Assembly (NCBI GenBank): GCA_045653745.1 | Contig: JAZOMD010000021.1 | Span: forward strand, 1 to 47,300 | Direction: 5' to 3' | DNA: 47,300 nt | Source of the DNA: Eubacteriales bacterium | Lineage (GTDB): Bacteria > Bacillota > Clostridia > Oscillospirales > CAG-272 | Shown: positions 1 through 7,866 of the stretch, one piece after another | How the letters are laid out: each line of letters starts with the position of its first letter | Numbering within the stretch: position 1 is the stretch's first letter | The notes under the pieces: model-generated | Seen by the model: the letters and a program-made list of their open reading frames with translations, nothing else | The model's database searches: none | Told to the model about the DNA's origin: nothing | Translations under genes and position numbers: made by a program

Positions 1-687
1 GTAGTTATTCAGCTTGGTGCCATTCTTGCAGTGCCTATTCTGTTCTGGTCCCGTCTGAATCCTTTTTCAAAAAAGAAAAGTGAAGCGGAAAGGGCGGCAA
101 CTTGGAGCCTTTGGTCTAAGGTAATAGTCGGTGCGCTTCCTGCTGCCTTTATCGGCGTTTTGCTTGACGATTTGCTGGATAAGTATTTATATAATTACGT
201 AGTTGTTGCCGCGGCTCTTGCCGTATACGGTATCCTGTTTATAGTCGTAGAGCGTCAGAGAGCAGGGAAGGACTTCCGCGTGGAAACGGTAAACGACCTT
301 ACTTATGCCGACGCACTCAAAATAGGCGCCTTTCAGGTGCTTTCTCTCGTTCCCGGAACCTCTCGCTCGGGCTCGACCATTCTCGGCGGTATGTGTACGG
401 GCGTATCAAGGACGGCGAGCGCGGAATTCTCGTTCTTTATGGCAATACCGATAATGCTCGGTGCGTCGGGACTGAAAATTCTTAAGTTCTTTTTGTCGGG
501 CGTGTCGGTGAGCTCCGAGGAGGTTTTGCTCCTTCTTGTAGGCATGGTTGTGTCTTTCGCGGTTTCGCTCTTTATTATCAAGTTCCTTATGGACTTCGTG
601 AAAAGACATAGCTTTGCGCCCTTCGGAATATACAGAATTATCCTCGGCGTATTAGTCATCGGCTATTTCCTTATAAAGCTAATATAA
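1..687 (+). CDS. uppP: Undecaprenyl-diphosphate phosphatase (UppP/BacA), 5' end cut by window edge
   Basis: Reading frame is open from base 1 (VVIQLGAILAV...). The Met at 31 in the ORF track is an internal GTG. Polytopic membrane protein with a PGTSRSGSTI motif typical of UppP. Confidence 0.85.
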   Translation, partial: VVIQLGAILAVPILFWSRLNPFSKKKSEAERAATWSLWSKVIVGALPAAFIGVLLDDLLDKYLYNYVVVAAALAVYGILFIVVERQRAGKDFRVETVNDLTYADALKIGAFQVLSLVPGTSRSGSTILGGMCTGVSRTASAEFSFFMAIPIMLGASGLKILKFFLSGVSVSSEEVLLLLVGMVVSFAVSLFIIKFLMDFVKRHSFAPFGIYRIILGVLVIGYFLIKLI

Positions 688-690
688 ACA

Positions 691-727
691 AAAAATCTCT
701 TTGGCGGTGTCCAAAGAGATTTTTTTA
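691..727. terminator. Bidirectional intrinsic terminator between convergent uppP and ung
   Basis: Stem ATCTCTTTGG (695-704) pairs with CCAAAGAGAT (711-720). An A-run lies upstream and a T-run at 721-727. Confidence 0.8.
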
Positions 728-729
728 TT

Positions 730-1407
730 TTACAAATCGTTTATACGTTCCCAGAGAATGGGCTCGCGTCCGTTTTCTTTCAGAAATTCGTTTGCGCGGA
801 CAAAGTGGTTACAGCCGAAGAAGCCTGCGTATGCCGATAGAGGACTCGGGTGCGCACATTCCAGCACGAGATGATGGCTATTCGTTATCAGCGATTTTTT
901 AGCCCTCGCGTTTCCACCCCAGAGGAGAAAAACCACAGGCTCGCTTTTTTCGTTTATGAGAGAAATAATGCGGTCGGTGAGTATTTCCCAGCCGTGCCCC
1001 TTGTGACTTTGCGGCTGACCTGCGCGCACCGTAAGGGTTGCATTGAGTAAGAGCACTCCCTGCTTTGCCCAGCCGATAAGCTCTCCGCATTCAGGCTCGG
1101 TTATCCCAAGCTCGTCGCGGAGCTCTTTGAAAATGTTTTTAAGGGACGGTGGCGGCTGAATTCCTCTTTTTACCGAAAAGCAGAGTCCGTGTGCCTGGCT
1201 TGGGCCATGATAAGGATCCTGACCTATAATAACCACCTTTGTGTTTTCGTAAGAGGTGTACCTCAAAGCGTTAAATATGTCGTCCATCGGTGGATATACC
1301 GTTTGTGTAAAATATTCTTTTTTCAAGAACTCTCTTAGAGAAAGATAGTAGGGGGAGGTGAATTCGTTTTTCAAAAGCTCGTCCCAATCGTTTTTGAGTG
1401 ATACCAT
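730..1407 (-). CDS. ung: Uracil-DNA glycosylase
   Basis: Carries the [18 protein letters not shown] and HPSPLSA motifs of family-1 UDG. I chose the ATG at 1407 (MVSLKNDW) because AAAGGAG lies 7 nt upstream. The longer track ORF has no RBS. Confidence 0.92.
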   Translation of the reverse strand: MVSLKNDWDELLKNEFTSPYYLSLREFLKKEYFTQTVYPPMDDIFNALRYTSYENTKVVIIGQDPYHGPSQAHGLCFSVKRGIQPPPSLKNIFKELRDELGITEPECGELIGWAKQGVLLLNATLTVRAGQPQSHKGHGWEILTDRIISLINEKSEPVVFLLWGGNARAKKSLITNSHHLVLECAHPSPLSAYAGFFGCNHFVRANEFLKENGREPILWERINDL

Positions 1408-1500
1408 AGTTGCTCCTTTAAGCGTTGTTCTCAAAGAGTATTTTAACATAGTTTTATATGCGTGTCAATCCTTTTAGTGAGTAATTTTACGATAGACAAA

Positions 1501-1527
1501 CCCCCGATGGGCAATCTCCATCGGGGG
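1501..1527 (-). terminator. Hairpin downstream of the S1-domain gene
   Basis: CCCCCGATGG (1501-1510) pairs with CCATCGGGGG (1518-1527). The T-tract on the minus strand is weak (TTTGTCT). Confidence 0.55.
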
Positions 1528-1532
1528 CTAAA

Positions 1533-2465
1533 TTAAAACACGCTTTCTATTATTCGCTTCGAGCTGGTGGGAGAGTAGGTCCACGCATCTATATGCTTCG
1601 TTTTCTCGGGATCAATGAAATAACGTAGGCTCGGGCGCTCCGCCACGGATTCGTGCGTATCTATAATTATCAGCTTTACCTTCATTTTCTCGGGTATAAT
1701 GCTTTTTATGTATACCGCCGCCGTGTCACCGGGAGAGGTGTCCTCTCGGTATTCTGCAAGTCCTGCAAGGTTTGGCGTAAGCTCCACGAACACTCCGTAG
1801 CTTTCAACGCTTCTCACCGTGCCCTTTACAGTCTCTCCCTCGGAAAAGCCTCTCGCGTTTTCTTCCCACGTTCCGAGTAGCTCGCGCATAGAGAGGAATA
1901 GCCGTCCTCGCTCGTCCTTGCCTTTAATCACCGTGTAAACCGAATCTCCCACCGAAAGTCGCGACGATGGGTGCGCTATCCTGGATACGGAGATGGAATC
2001 GATTGAAAGGAGCGAGATTATTCCGCACCCTACGTCAAGAAACGCACCGAAGCTCTCTATATGCGTGACCCTTGCAGGTATCACGTCTCCCGGAATAAGA
2101 CCGGATAAGTAAGACTCGAGACACTCCTCTTGTGCAGCCTTTCTTGAGAGTATTGCAACGCTTTCTCCGCTTGGTAGTGCCTCGAACCCGAGTACCTTGA
2201 AGGATACGGGCTTTCCTACTCTTGTGAGAATGGCAATATCCTTTACTCCATCACCCCGTGAAATCTGTACCTCGCCTCTCGGTATTATACCGCGCACGCC
2301 GCCACCGAGCCCTATATGCAAATTGAAGTTGTGGTCGCAGAGAAGGGCAGGGGCTTCGAGGATAATTTGTTTTTCCAGAGCCTCCTCAAGTCCGGCCTTT
2401 GTAGAGACGTAATCGTAATTTGTTTCTTTTTTTATCAGTGCTCCTTCCGGCATATAGGAATTCAT
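1533..2465 (-). CDS. S1 RNA-binding domain protein (multiple S1 repeats)
   Basis: Repeated S1-like segments (GDVIPARVTHIESFGAFLDVG, GETVKGTVRSVESYGVFVEL). GGAGGG lies upstream of the ATG. Confidence 0.75.
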   Translation of the reverse strand: MNSYMPEGALIKKETNYDYVSTKAGLEEALEKQIILEAPALLCDHNFNLHIGLGGGVRGIIPRGEVQISRGDGVKDIAILTRVGKPVSFKVLGFEALPSGESVAILSRKAAQEECLESYLSGLIPGDVIPARVTHIESFGAFLDVGCGIISLLSIDSISVSRIAHPSSRLSVGDSVYTVIKGKDERGRLFLSMRELLGTWEENARGFSEGETVKGTVRSVESYGVFVELTPNLAGLAEYREDTSPGDTAAVYIKSIIPEKMKVKLIIIDTHESVAERPSLRYFIDPEKTKHIDAWTYSPTSSKRIIESVF

Positions 2466-2548
2466 CGCCGTATTTACCCTCCTGCTCTTTGTGTTTCGGT
2501 TTATGATAAAATATATGAGCGAGGAAGGTTGAATATTCTTTTAAATCC

Positions 2549-2911
2549 CTATCGTTCTTTTTGCGTTTGCCCAAGGCCGAAGCTTACCTCAATGGCGTTG
2601 TTTACGCTCGACATGGTGGCATCGTCGAGATGACCCATTTTTTCCTTAAGCCGCTTTTTGTCAATAGTCCTGATTTGCTCGAGTAAAATAATGCTGTCCT
2701 TAGCAAGCCCGGCGTCCTCTCCCGGCACGTCTATGTGCGTCGGAAGCTTGGTCTTACTCATTCTTGATGTGATTGCCGCCGCTATTACGGTGGGGCTGTA
2801 TTTGTTTCCTACGTCGTTCTGTACTATCAGAACGGGTCTGAGACCTCCTTGCTCGCTCCCTATAACGGGGCTGAGGTCTGCGTAATAAATGTCTCCGCGT
2901 TTTATGTTCAT
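2549..2911 (-). CDS. mazF: MazF/EndoA (PemK family) type II toxin endoribonuclease
   Basis: [36 protein letters not shown]...LPTH...[14 protein letters not shown] is near-colinear with B. subtilis EndoA as I recall it. The ATG at 2911 is preceded by GAAAGGA. Confidence 0.9.
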   Translation of the reverse strand: MNIKRGDIYYADLSPVIGSEQGGLRPVLIVQNDVGNKYSPTVIAAAITSRMSKTKLPTHIDVPGEDAGLAKDSIILLEQIRTIDKKRLKEKMGHLDDATMSSVNNAIEVSFGLGQTQKER

Positions 2912-3116
2912 TTTTTTCCTTTCATTTTCGCGATTTTTTCGTGAAAATTTTTCTTTTCCGTCCACAATCTTATTTTGGCAGAAGTGATGTGAATTTAGTC
3001 AGAAGATTTTAGTTTTTACAATAATTATTTTATGCTTTTACGCGAAAAACTCCACCGTCGAGGAGTGGCACGTAGAACTTCTTCAATAAATGTTGACAAT
3101 TTTTGCAAAAAAGATG

Positions 3117-3145
3117 TTGACTTTATGAACAAATTATTATATAAT
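3117..3145 (+). promoter_or_regulatory. Sigma-A-type promoter for the permease gene
   Basis: TTGACT (3117-3122), a 17-nt spacer, then TATAAT (3140-3145), about 40 nt upstream of the ATG. Confidence 0.65.
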
Positions 3146-3184
3146 TGTCTTGTCCTAAAATTTTAAAAAAAGGAGAAAATCACA

Positions 3185-4606
3185 ATGGCAGGAAAACTTG
3201 ATAAGTTTTTCAAAATCAGTGAGCGCGGCTCTACCGTAAAAACGGAAATAGTCGGCGGTCTCACAACGTTCTTTGCGATGGCGTACATCGTGGTTACCAA
3301 CCCCAACCAGATTACCAGCTTTAGCCAGGTAGGCGATTTGGGAACTATTTGGAACGCAGTATACGTAGCTTCTATACTCGTTGCAGTAATTGGTACCTTG
3401 CTTTATGCGTTCTACGCAAAGCTTCCGTTTGCGCAGGCTTGTGGAATGGGTCTTAACTCCTTCTTCTTCGTAGCCTTCATTCTCCCCGCTGTGCTTTCAG
3501 GCGGTGATACGATACAGGGATATCGTGAGGGTCTTTGCATTATCCTTCTTTCCGGTATTGTATTCCTTGTTTTGTCCCTTACCGGTGCAAGACAGTACAT
3601 CGCGAAGGCTCTGCCCGATTGTCTCAAGAAGGCAATTCCCGCAGGTATCGGTCTCTTTATTGCGTTCATCGGATTTAAGAACGTAGGTATCATTCAGGCT
3701 AATCAGTACACCTTCGTTCAGCTCTTTGACTTCCACGGAGCAGTTTCCGGCAAGTCCTTCTTCGATGCTTGGTGCGCTATCGCCGGCGTTGTTATAGCTT
3801 TGCTTGGCTTGTTCGCAATCGCAGTTCTTGAGAAAAAGAACGTTAAGGGCTCCGTAATCATAACCATTCTCGGTGCGACCGTCCTTTATTACCTCTCCAC
3901 CTGGACTCTTCCTTCCTTCGACCTCGGTCAGGTAGGTCAGTCCTTCGTTGACTTCGGTAAGATTGGTTTGTTCGGTGCATTCAAGGGCTTCACCATTTTT
4001 GCAGGCGGTATTGCAGCTGTCCTTAACGCGATAGTTCTTACTGTAACCTTCTGCCTCGTTGATATGTTCGATACTATCGGAACTCTTTACGGTACTGCCT
4101 CTCAGGCAAATATGCTTGACGAGAACGGCGACCCCGTCGACGTAGACAAGTCTATGGCGTGCGACTCTATTGCAACCGTTACCGGTGGTCTTCTTGGTAC
4201 TTCCACCTGCACGACCTTCGTTGAGTCTGCAGCAGGCGTTGCTGCCGGTGCCAGAACCGGTCTTGCATCTCTCGTAACCGCGGCTTGCTTCTTTGTATGT
4301 CTCTTCCTTTCTCCCGTAGCAGCGATAGTTCCTTCCTGCGCAACCTCGCCTGCGCTTATCTTCGTTGGCGTTCTTATGCTGAAGAACTTTGCTAAGGTTG
4401 ATATGTCTGACATCGCTCAGGCCGTTCCTGCGTTCCTTGCACTTATTATGATGCCTCTTACCTATTCCATTTCTAACGGTATCGCAGTCGGTGCAATCGC
4501 TTACGCTATAATTACTGCCGTTCTTGGTAAGTTTACTAAGAAGGACATCGTAGTTACTGTTATAGCAGTACTCTTTGTACTTCGTTTCTTCCTCGTAACG
4601 TTTTAA
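3185..4606 (+). CDS. NCS2/AzgA-family purine (adenine/guanine/hypoxanthine) permease
   Basis: 473-aa polytopic protein. N-terminus FKISERGSTVKTEIVGGLTTFFAMAYIVVTNP and MFDTIGTL are typical of PbuG/PbuO-like permeases. AGGAG RBS present. Confidence 0.85.
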   Translation: MAGKLDKFFKISERGSTVKTEIVGGLTTFFAMAYIVVTNPNQITSFSQVGDLGTIWNAVYVASILVAVIGTLLYAFYAKLPFAQACGMGLNSFFFVAFILPAVLSGGDTIQGYREGLCIILLSGIVFLVLSLTGARQYIAKALPDCLKKAIPAGIGLFIAFIGFKNVGIIQANQYTFVQLFDFHGAVSGKSFFDAWCAIAGVVIALLGLFAIAVLEKKNVKGSVIITILGATVLYYLSTWTLPSFDLGQVGQSFVDFGKIGLFGAFKGFTIFAGGIAAVLNAIVLTVTFCLVDMFDTIGTLYGTASQANMLDENGDPVDVDKSMACDSIATVTGGLLGTSTCTTFVESAAGVAAGARTGLASLVTAACFFVCLFLSPVAAIVPSCATSPALIFVGVLMLKNFAKVDMSDIAQAVPAFLALIMMPLTYSISNGIAVGAIAYAIITAVLGKFTKKDIVVTVIAVLFVLRFFLVTF

Positions 4607-4624
4607 TTAAAAATATAAAAACAT

Positions 4625-4660
4625 CGGAGAGTCTCAATCGAGACTCTCCGACTTTTCTTT
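4625..4660. terminator. Bidirectional intrinsic terminator (permease / DUF378 gene)
   Basis: CGGAGAGTCTC (4625-4635) pairs with GAGACTCTCCG (4640-4650). T-rich tracts lie on both sides. Confidence 0.8.
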
Positions 4661-4670
4661 GGAGGATAAT

Positions 4671-4904
4671 TTACGCGTGCGAGTGTGTGCTTTCCATCTC
4701 GTCGTCTTCCATAAAGAGCATAGAGATAGACCAAACACCGGCAAGAGCTATGAGAACGTAAATAATTCTCGCTAGTACCGATGCGGCACTGCCCGTAATC
4801 CACGCAACAAGGTCGAAGGAGAAAAGTCCTACCAGACCCCAGTTGAGCGCGCCTATAATTATGAGAATAAGCGCGATTTTGTTTACAATCGCCATAGTTT
4901 TCAT
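4671..4904 (-). CDS. DUF378-family small membrane protein
   Basis: 77 aa with two TM segments. The GALNWGLVG motif is characteristic of DUF378. Confidence 0.75.
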   Translation of the reverse strand: MKTMAIVNKIALILIIIGALNWGLVGLFSFDLVAWITGSAASVLARIIYVLIALAGVWSISMLFMEDDEMESTHSHA

Positions 4905-5108
4905 AACTGTGCCTTTTCGTTTTTTTGTTACGGAAAAATCCGTGAGGACAGAACCGCTTTCGTGGTATGTCCGTGATTATTTTGTCCGACATAGCAGAAT
5001 ATATACGGCGTTTTAATGACAAAAAAATGGAATTTTTAAATCACCGAAATATAGTCTTCAGAAGACTTGGCGTGGTTAAAGCGCTAAAGGGTGTGCCCTG
5101 AGGTTTGC

Positions 5109-5810
5109 CTAATCGTCAAACTCAGGTATCCTTTCGCCAAAGGAATCCTTCAGAAGAAGCAGAGCTCTTTTTTCTATTCTTGATACGTAAGAGCGTGAAA
5201 TTCCCAGGTATTTTGCCACCTCTCGCTGCGTGCGTGGCTGATATCCCTTTAGTCCGTATCGCAAAACGAGTATTTCGCGTTCTCTCTCGGGGAGAATTGT
5301 ATCGACGAGCTCGCGTAGCTTTTCGATATGTACCTTTAAATCCAACTCGTTTTCTATGCTTTCCTCTACGCTGATAATATCAAGGTATGTAAGAGGATTT
5401 CCGTCCTTGTCTATGTCTATCGTATCGTTAATTGAAATTTCGGAGGCATGCTTTTTTCGGCTTCTGAAAAACATAAGGATTTCATTTTGCACGCATTTTG
5501 CGCCATAGGTAGCAAATCTCGTGCCGTATCCGGCTTTAAATGAGTCGACAGCCTTTATTAGTCCAAGGCTTCCTATCGATAATAACTCTTCCTGCGCCTC
5601 ATAGGACGAATAATATTTCCTTATAATGTGCGAAACGAGACGCAGATTGTGCTCGATGAGCCTGGCTCTTGCAGCTTCGTCTCCCTCGTCTTTTTTCTGA
5701 AAAAGCTCCGCCTCCTCGTCCTTTGAGAGCGGAGGAGGGAAGCTTGTCGTTTCCTCAAATCCAAGTATGAGTGATATAAAGCGGATAAATAATTTGCCGA
5801 TGCTAAGCAT
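5109..5810 (-). CDS. sigK: Sporulation sigma factor, pro-sigma-K type (uninterrupted)
   Basis: Shows IEHNLRLVSHIIRKY, GSLGLIKAVDSF, ATYGAKCVQNEILMFFR and GISRSYVSRIEKRALLLL, plus an N-terminal hydrophobic pro-sequence before PPPLSKDEE. It is closer to SigK than to SigE as I recall them. ATG at 5810 with GGGAG RBS. Confidence 0.8.
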   Translation of the reverse strand: MLSIGKLFIRFISLILGFEETTSFPPPLSKDEEAELFQKKDEGDEAARARLIEHNLRLVSHIIRKYYSSYEAQEELLSIGSLGLIKAVDSFKAGYGTRFATYGAKCVQNEILMFFRSRKKHASEISINDTIDIDKDGNPLTYLDIISVEESIENELDLKVHIEKLRELVDTILPEREREILVLRYGLKGYQPRTQREVAKYLGISRSYVSRIEKRALLLLKDSFGERIPEFDD

Positions 5811-5843
5811 ATAAACTCCCTTCGTAAAAGAAATTCGGTTGTT

Positions 5844-5852
5844 TATTATATG
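5844..5852 (-). promoter_or_regulatory. Possible sporulation-type -10 element (CATATAATA) upstream of sigK
   Basis: The minus strand reads CATATAATA, which matches the CATAnnnTA pattern of sigma-K/sigma-E class -10 boxes. No convincing -35 is present. Confidence 0.25.
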
Positions 5853-5882
5853 TAGCATCGGCTTGTCAGCTTTACTGTATTT

Positions 5883-6536
5883 TTATATCGCCATTACCGG
5901 CGTCAGTATCATATATCCTTCTCCGCTTTCGTGCTTTACTATACTTTCTCCGGTTATCCGTTTGAACTTTGAGTTAATTAACGAAACGAAGGTGCGCACG
6001 CTCGCCTCGCTCGGACTTCTCGACGGGCGATGGGCGTGAGAAATAATCTCCCTCGCCGTTTTCGGTGTTGGATAGGATTTGATAAGATAGCGGATTATCA
6101 TCGCCTCGGTCTTTGTGAGGGGAATATCTTCCCCAAAATATTTTACGGATTCCTCGTATGCCTCTGCTCGCAGAGCCGATAAGCGATAACAGCCTATAAG
6201 CGGAAGACAGCGAGCCTCTTGGTACTCGATTATATCGTTTGCGATTTGCCATGCAGGACGGCTTTTCTCAAAGCATTCTGCTATCTCGGAGTAATCGTTT
6301 CCCGAGTCGCTTATTGCGAAAATGGGTATCGTTTTATGGTATGTCCGTATTCTCGCCAGATAATCCCTCGGGTCTGCAAGTGCATCAGGCTCCATAAGTA
6401 TAACCGCGCTGTACGAAAGATCAATTTCGGACAGTGCCTTCTCGGGCGTTGTAGGGAAGGCGAGAAGACCCATTATATGAAGTGCCTCGGCGAGGGTTGC
6501 CGCACGCATTCTGCTTTTGTTAATTACAAGTATCAT
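5883..6536 (-). CDS. Atypical OmpR/PhoB-type response regulator (pseudo-receiver + winged helix)
   Basis: C-terminal trans_reg_C-like segment (LTKTEAMIIRYL...VRTFVSLINSKFKRI...GEGYMI). The N-terminal receiver-like fold lacks the acidic pair and has VILME where the phospho-Asp is expected. The start is uncertain (ATG 6536 or GTG 6545) and there is no clear RBS. Confidence 0.6.
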   Translation of the reverse strand: MILVINKSRMRAATLAEALHIMGLLAFPTTPEKALSEIDLSYSAVILMEPDALADPRDYLARIRTYHKTIPIFAISDSGNDYSEIAECFEKSRPAWQIANDIIEYQEARCLPLIGCYRLSALRAEAYEESVKYFGEDIPLTKTEAMIIRYLIKSYPTPKTAREIISHAHRPSRSPSEASVRTFVSLINSKFKRITGESIVKHESGEGYMILTPVMAI

Positions 6537-6601
6537 AAATATCACCGGTAAATAATATATGTATATTATATGTCAGTATAGGCGTTAAGTCAAGATAGTT
6601 C

Positions 6602-6630
6602 TTGACATAAAAAGAAAAATAATGTATAAT
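6602..6630 (+). promoter_or_regulatory. Sigma-A-type promoter for the SDR gene
   Basis: TTGACA (6602-6607), a 17-nt spacer, then TATAAT (6625-6630). Confidence 0.65.
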
Positions 6631-6677
6631 ATTGAAAAAACACCCGTGCACGGGAAAACTTTTTTCGGAGATTGATA

Positions 6678-7394
6678 ATGAAAAACGTTCTGATAACAGG
6701 AGGCTCAAGAGGCATAGGAAGATGTATTGCCGAGCTTCTCAGCGAAAACGGATATAAGGTCGCATTTACCTATAAGAATTCAGAAAACGAGGCAAAATCC
6801 TTGGCAGAACGTATTGGCGCACTCGCTGTACGAGCCGACAGTCTCTTGGAAGAAGATGTGAAAATGGCGGTCAAGGTTGCACATGAAGCGCTCGGTGGCA
6901 TAGATTTTCTTGTGAATAACGCGGCAATATCAGGCTTCTCTCTGCTTACCGATCTTTCTCTTGATTCTTGGAATGAAACGCTCGGCGTGAGTCTGACGGG
7001 TGCGTTCCTTTATTCTCGTGAGGTTCTGCCGTCGATGATTAGAAAAAAGCAGGGAAGAATAGTCAATATTTCTTCTATGTGGGGGATAGTCGGAGCATCG
7101 TGTGAGGTTCATTATTCTGCGGCAAAGGCAGGGCTCATTGGCTTTACCAAGGCGCTTGCCAAGGAGGTCGGCCCGAGTGGGATAACCGTTAACGCCATTG
7201 CTCCGGGGCTTATAAATACCGAGATGAACGGAGCGCTTTCTTCCGAGGATAAGGCGGCAATTGTGGACGAAACACCTCTTTGCAGAATCGGAGAGCCGAT
7301 TGACGTCGCACGCGCGGTGCTGTTCTTGCTTGGCGACGGTGGGTCCTTCATAACGGGTGAAGTTATCAACGTTTCCGGCGGTCTTGTGATTTAA
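6678..7394 (+). CDS. SDR-family oxidoreductase (FabG-like 3-oxoacyl-ACP reductase)
   Basis: TGGSRGIG cofactor motif, NNAA, and an S...YSAAK catalytic triad. ATG at 6678 lies 8 nt after GGAG. It is not embedded in a fab cluster. Confidence 0.8.
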   Translation: MKNVLITGGSRGIGRCIAELLSENGYKVAFTYKNSENEAKSLAERIGALAVRADSLLEEDVKMAVKVAHEALGGIDFLVNNAAISGFSLLTDLSLDSWNETLGVSLTGAFLYSREVLPSMIRKKQGRIVNISSMWGIVGASCEVHYSAAKAGLIGFTKALAKEVGPSGITVNAIAPGLINTEMNGALSSEDKAAIVDETPLCRIGEPIDVARAVLFLLGDGGSFITGEVINVSGGLVI

Positions 7395-7427
7395 AATATA
7401 TTTGTTTTGTAAATTTTCGGAAAAGTA

Positions 7428-7456
7428 TTGCTTTTTTCACCTTAATCTGTTATAAT
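7428..7456 (+). promoter_or_regulatory. Sigma-A-type promoter for the SRP RNA
   Basis: TTGCTT (7428-7433), a 17-nt spacer, then TGtTATAAT (extended -10; TATAAT at 7451-7456). Confidence 0.6.
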
Positions 7457-7462
7457 ATATTG

Positions 7463-7772
7463 CGTCGTCGGTGCGGCGGCAAAGTTCCGTGAGTCGGACG
7501 GAGTCATACCAGTCGGGGCAGTAGCGGCGCCTTGTACCTGAAATCCGCTATAGCAGGGATTCATTCCTCCCCTGAGGATTGCCTTTGTGTAGTCTGCACC
7601 GTCATTATCTGTGTTGAAGAATGGGTCTTGCGCAACGCGAGGCCGTGAACCATGTCAGGTGGGGAACCAAGCAGCATTAAGCGGTTTATCGGGTGTGCCG
7701 CAAGGTCGCCTGTTCGGAGCAGAGGTGGCGGTTACCGTATGTAAGGGTATTTTCGACGGAGAGGTGTATGGC
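7463..7772 (+). ncRNA. ffs: Signal recognition particle RNA, long Bacillus-type (scRNA/ffs) with Alu domain; ends approximate
   Basis: GTAGCGGCGCCTTGTACCTGAAATCCGCTATAGCAGGG (Alu domain) and GAACCATGTCAGGTGGGGAACCAAGCAGCATTAAGCGG (domain IV) closely match B. subtilis scRNA as I recall it. It sits directly upstream of dnaX-ybaB-recR, as in Bacillus. The mature 5' end may lie nearer 7485. Confidence 0.88.
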
Positions 7773-7796
7773 TCTTTCCGACGCACGGAAAAAGGT

Positions 7797-7850
7797 TGAG
7801 CGCGCGAGGTGGCTGTTTCTTTTTGCCATTAGCGCGCTCACGTTTTTTAT
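7797..7850 (+). terminator. Probable terminator/attenuator after SRP RNA
   Basis: TGAGCGCGC (7797-7805) pairs with GCGCGCTCA (7832-7840) across a 26-nt loop, followed by CGTTTTTTATT. Confidence 0.45.
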
Positions 7851-7866
7851 TTGCGGAGGTTTTTCT

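Noticed and set aside
3030-3086. An 18-codon TTG-initiated ORF (MKKFYVPLLDGGVFRVKA) upstream of mazF, considered as a candidate antitoxin.
   Set aside because: It is too short, has no RBS and has no resemblance to MazE/AbrB/RHH folds. It overlaps the hairpin at about 3048-3070. I list it only so it can be tested.
3000-3184. A purine riboswitch upstream of the purine permease.
   Set aside because: The best promoter lies only about 40 nt before the ATG, which leaves no room for an aptamer. No guanine/adenine riboswitch core sequence was recognisable further upstream.
5109-5810. Interruption of sigK by a skin-like element.
   Set aside because: The ORF is continuous from the pro-sequence through region 4.2 (SRSYVSRIEKRAL), so there is no interruption in this genome.
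7611-7866. A 62-aa ORF, and the 58-codon N-terminal extension of dnaX in the ORF track.
   Set aside because: Both lie on top of the SRP RNA and its trailing hairpin. dnaX has a proper GGAGG-ATG at 7867, and the conserved YRKWRP motif follows immediately.
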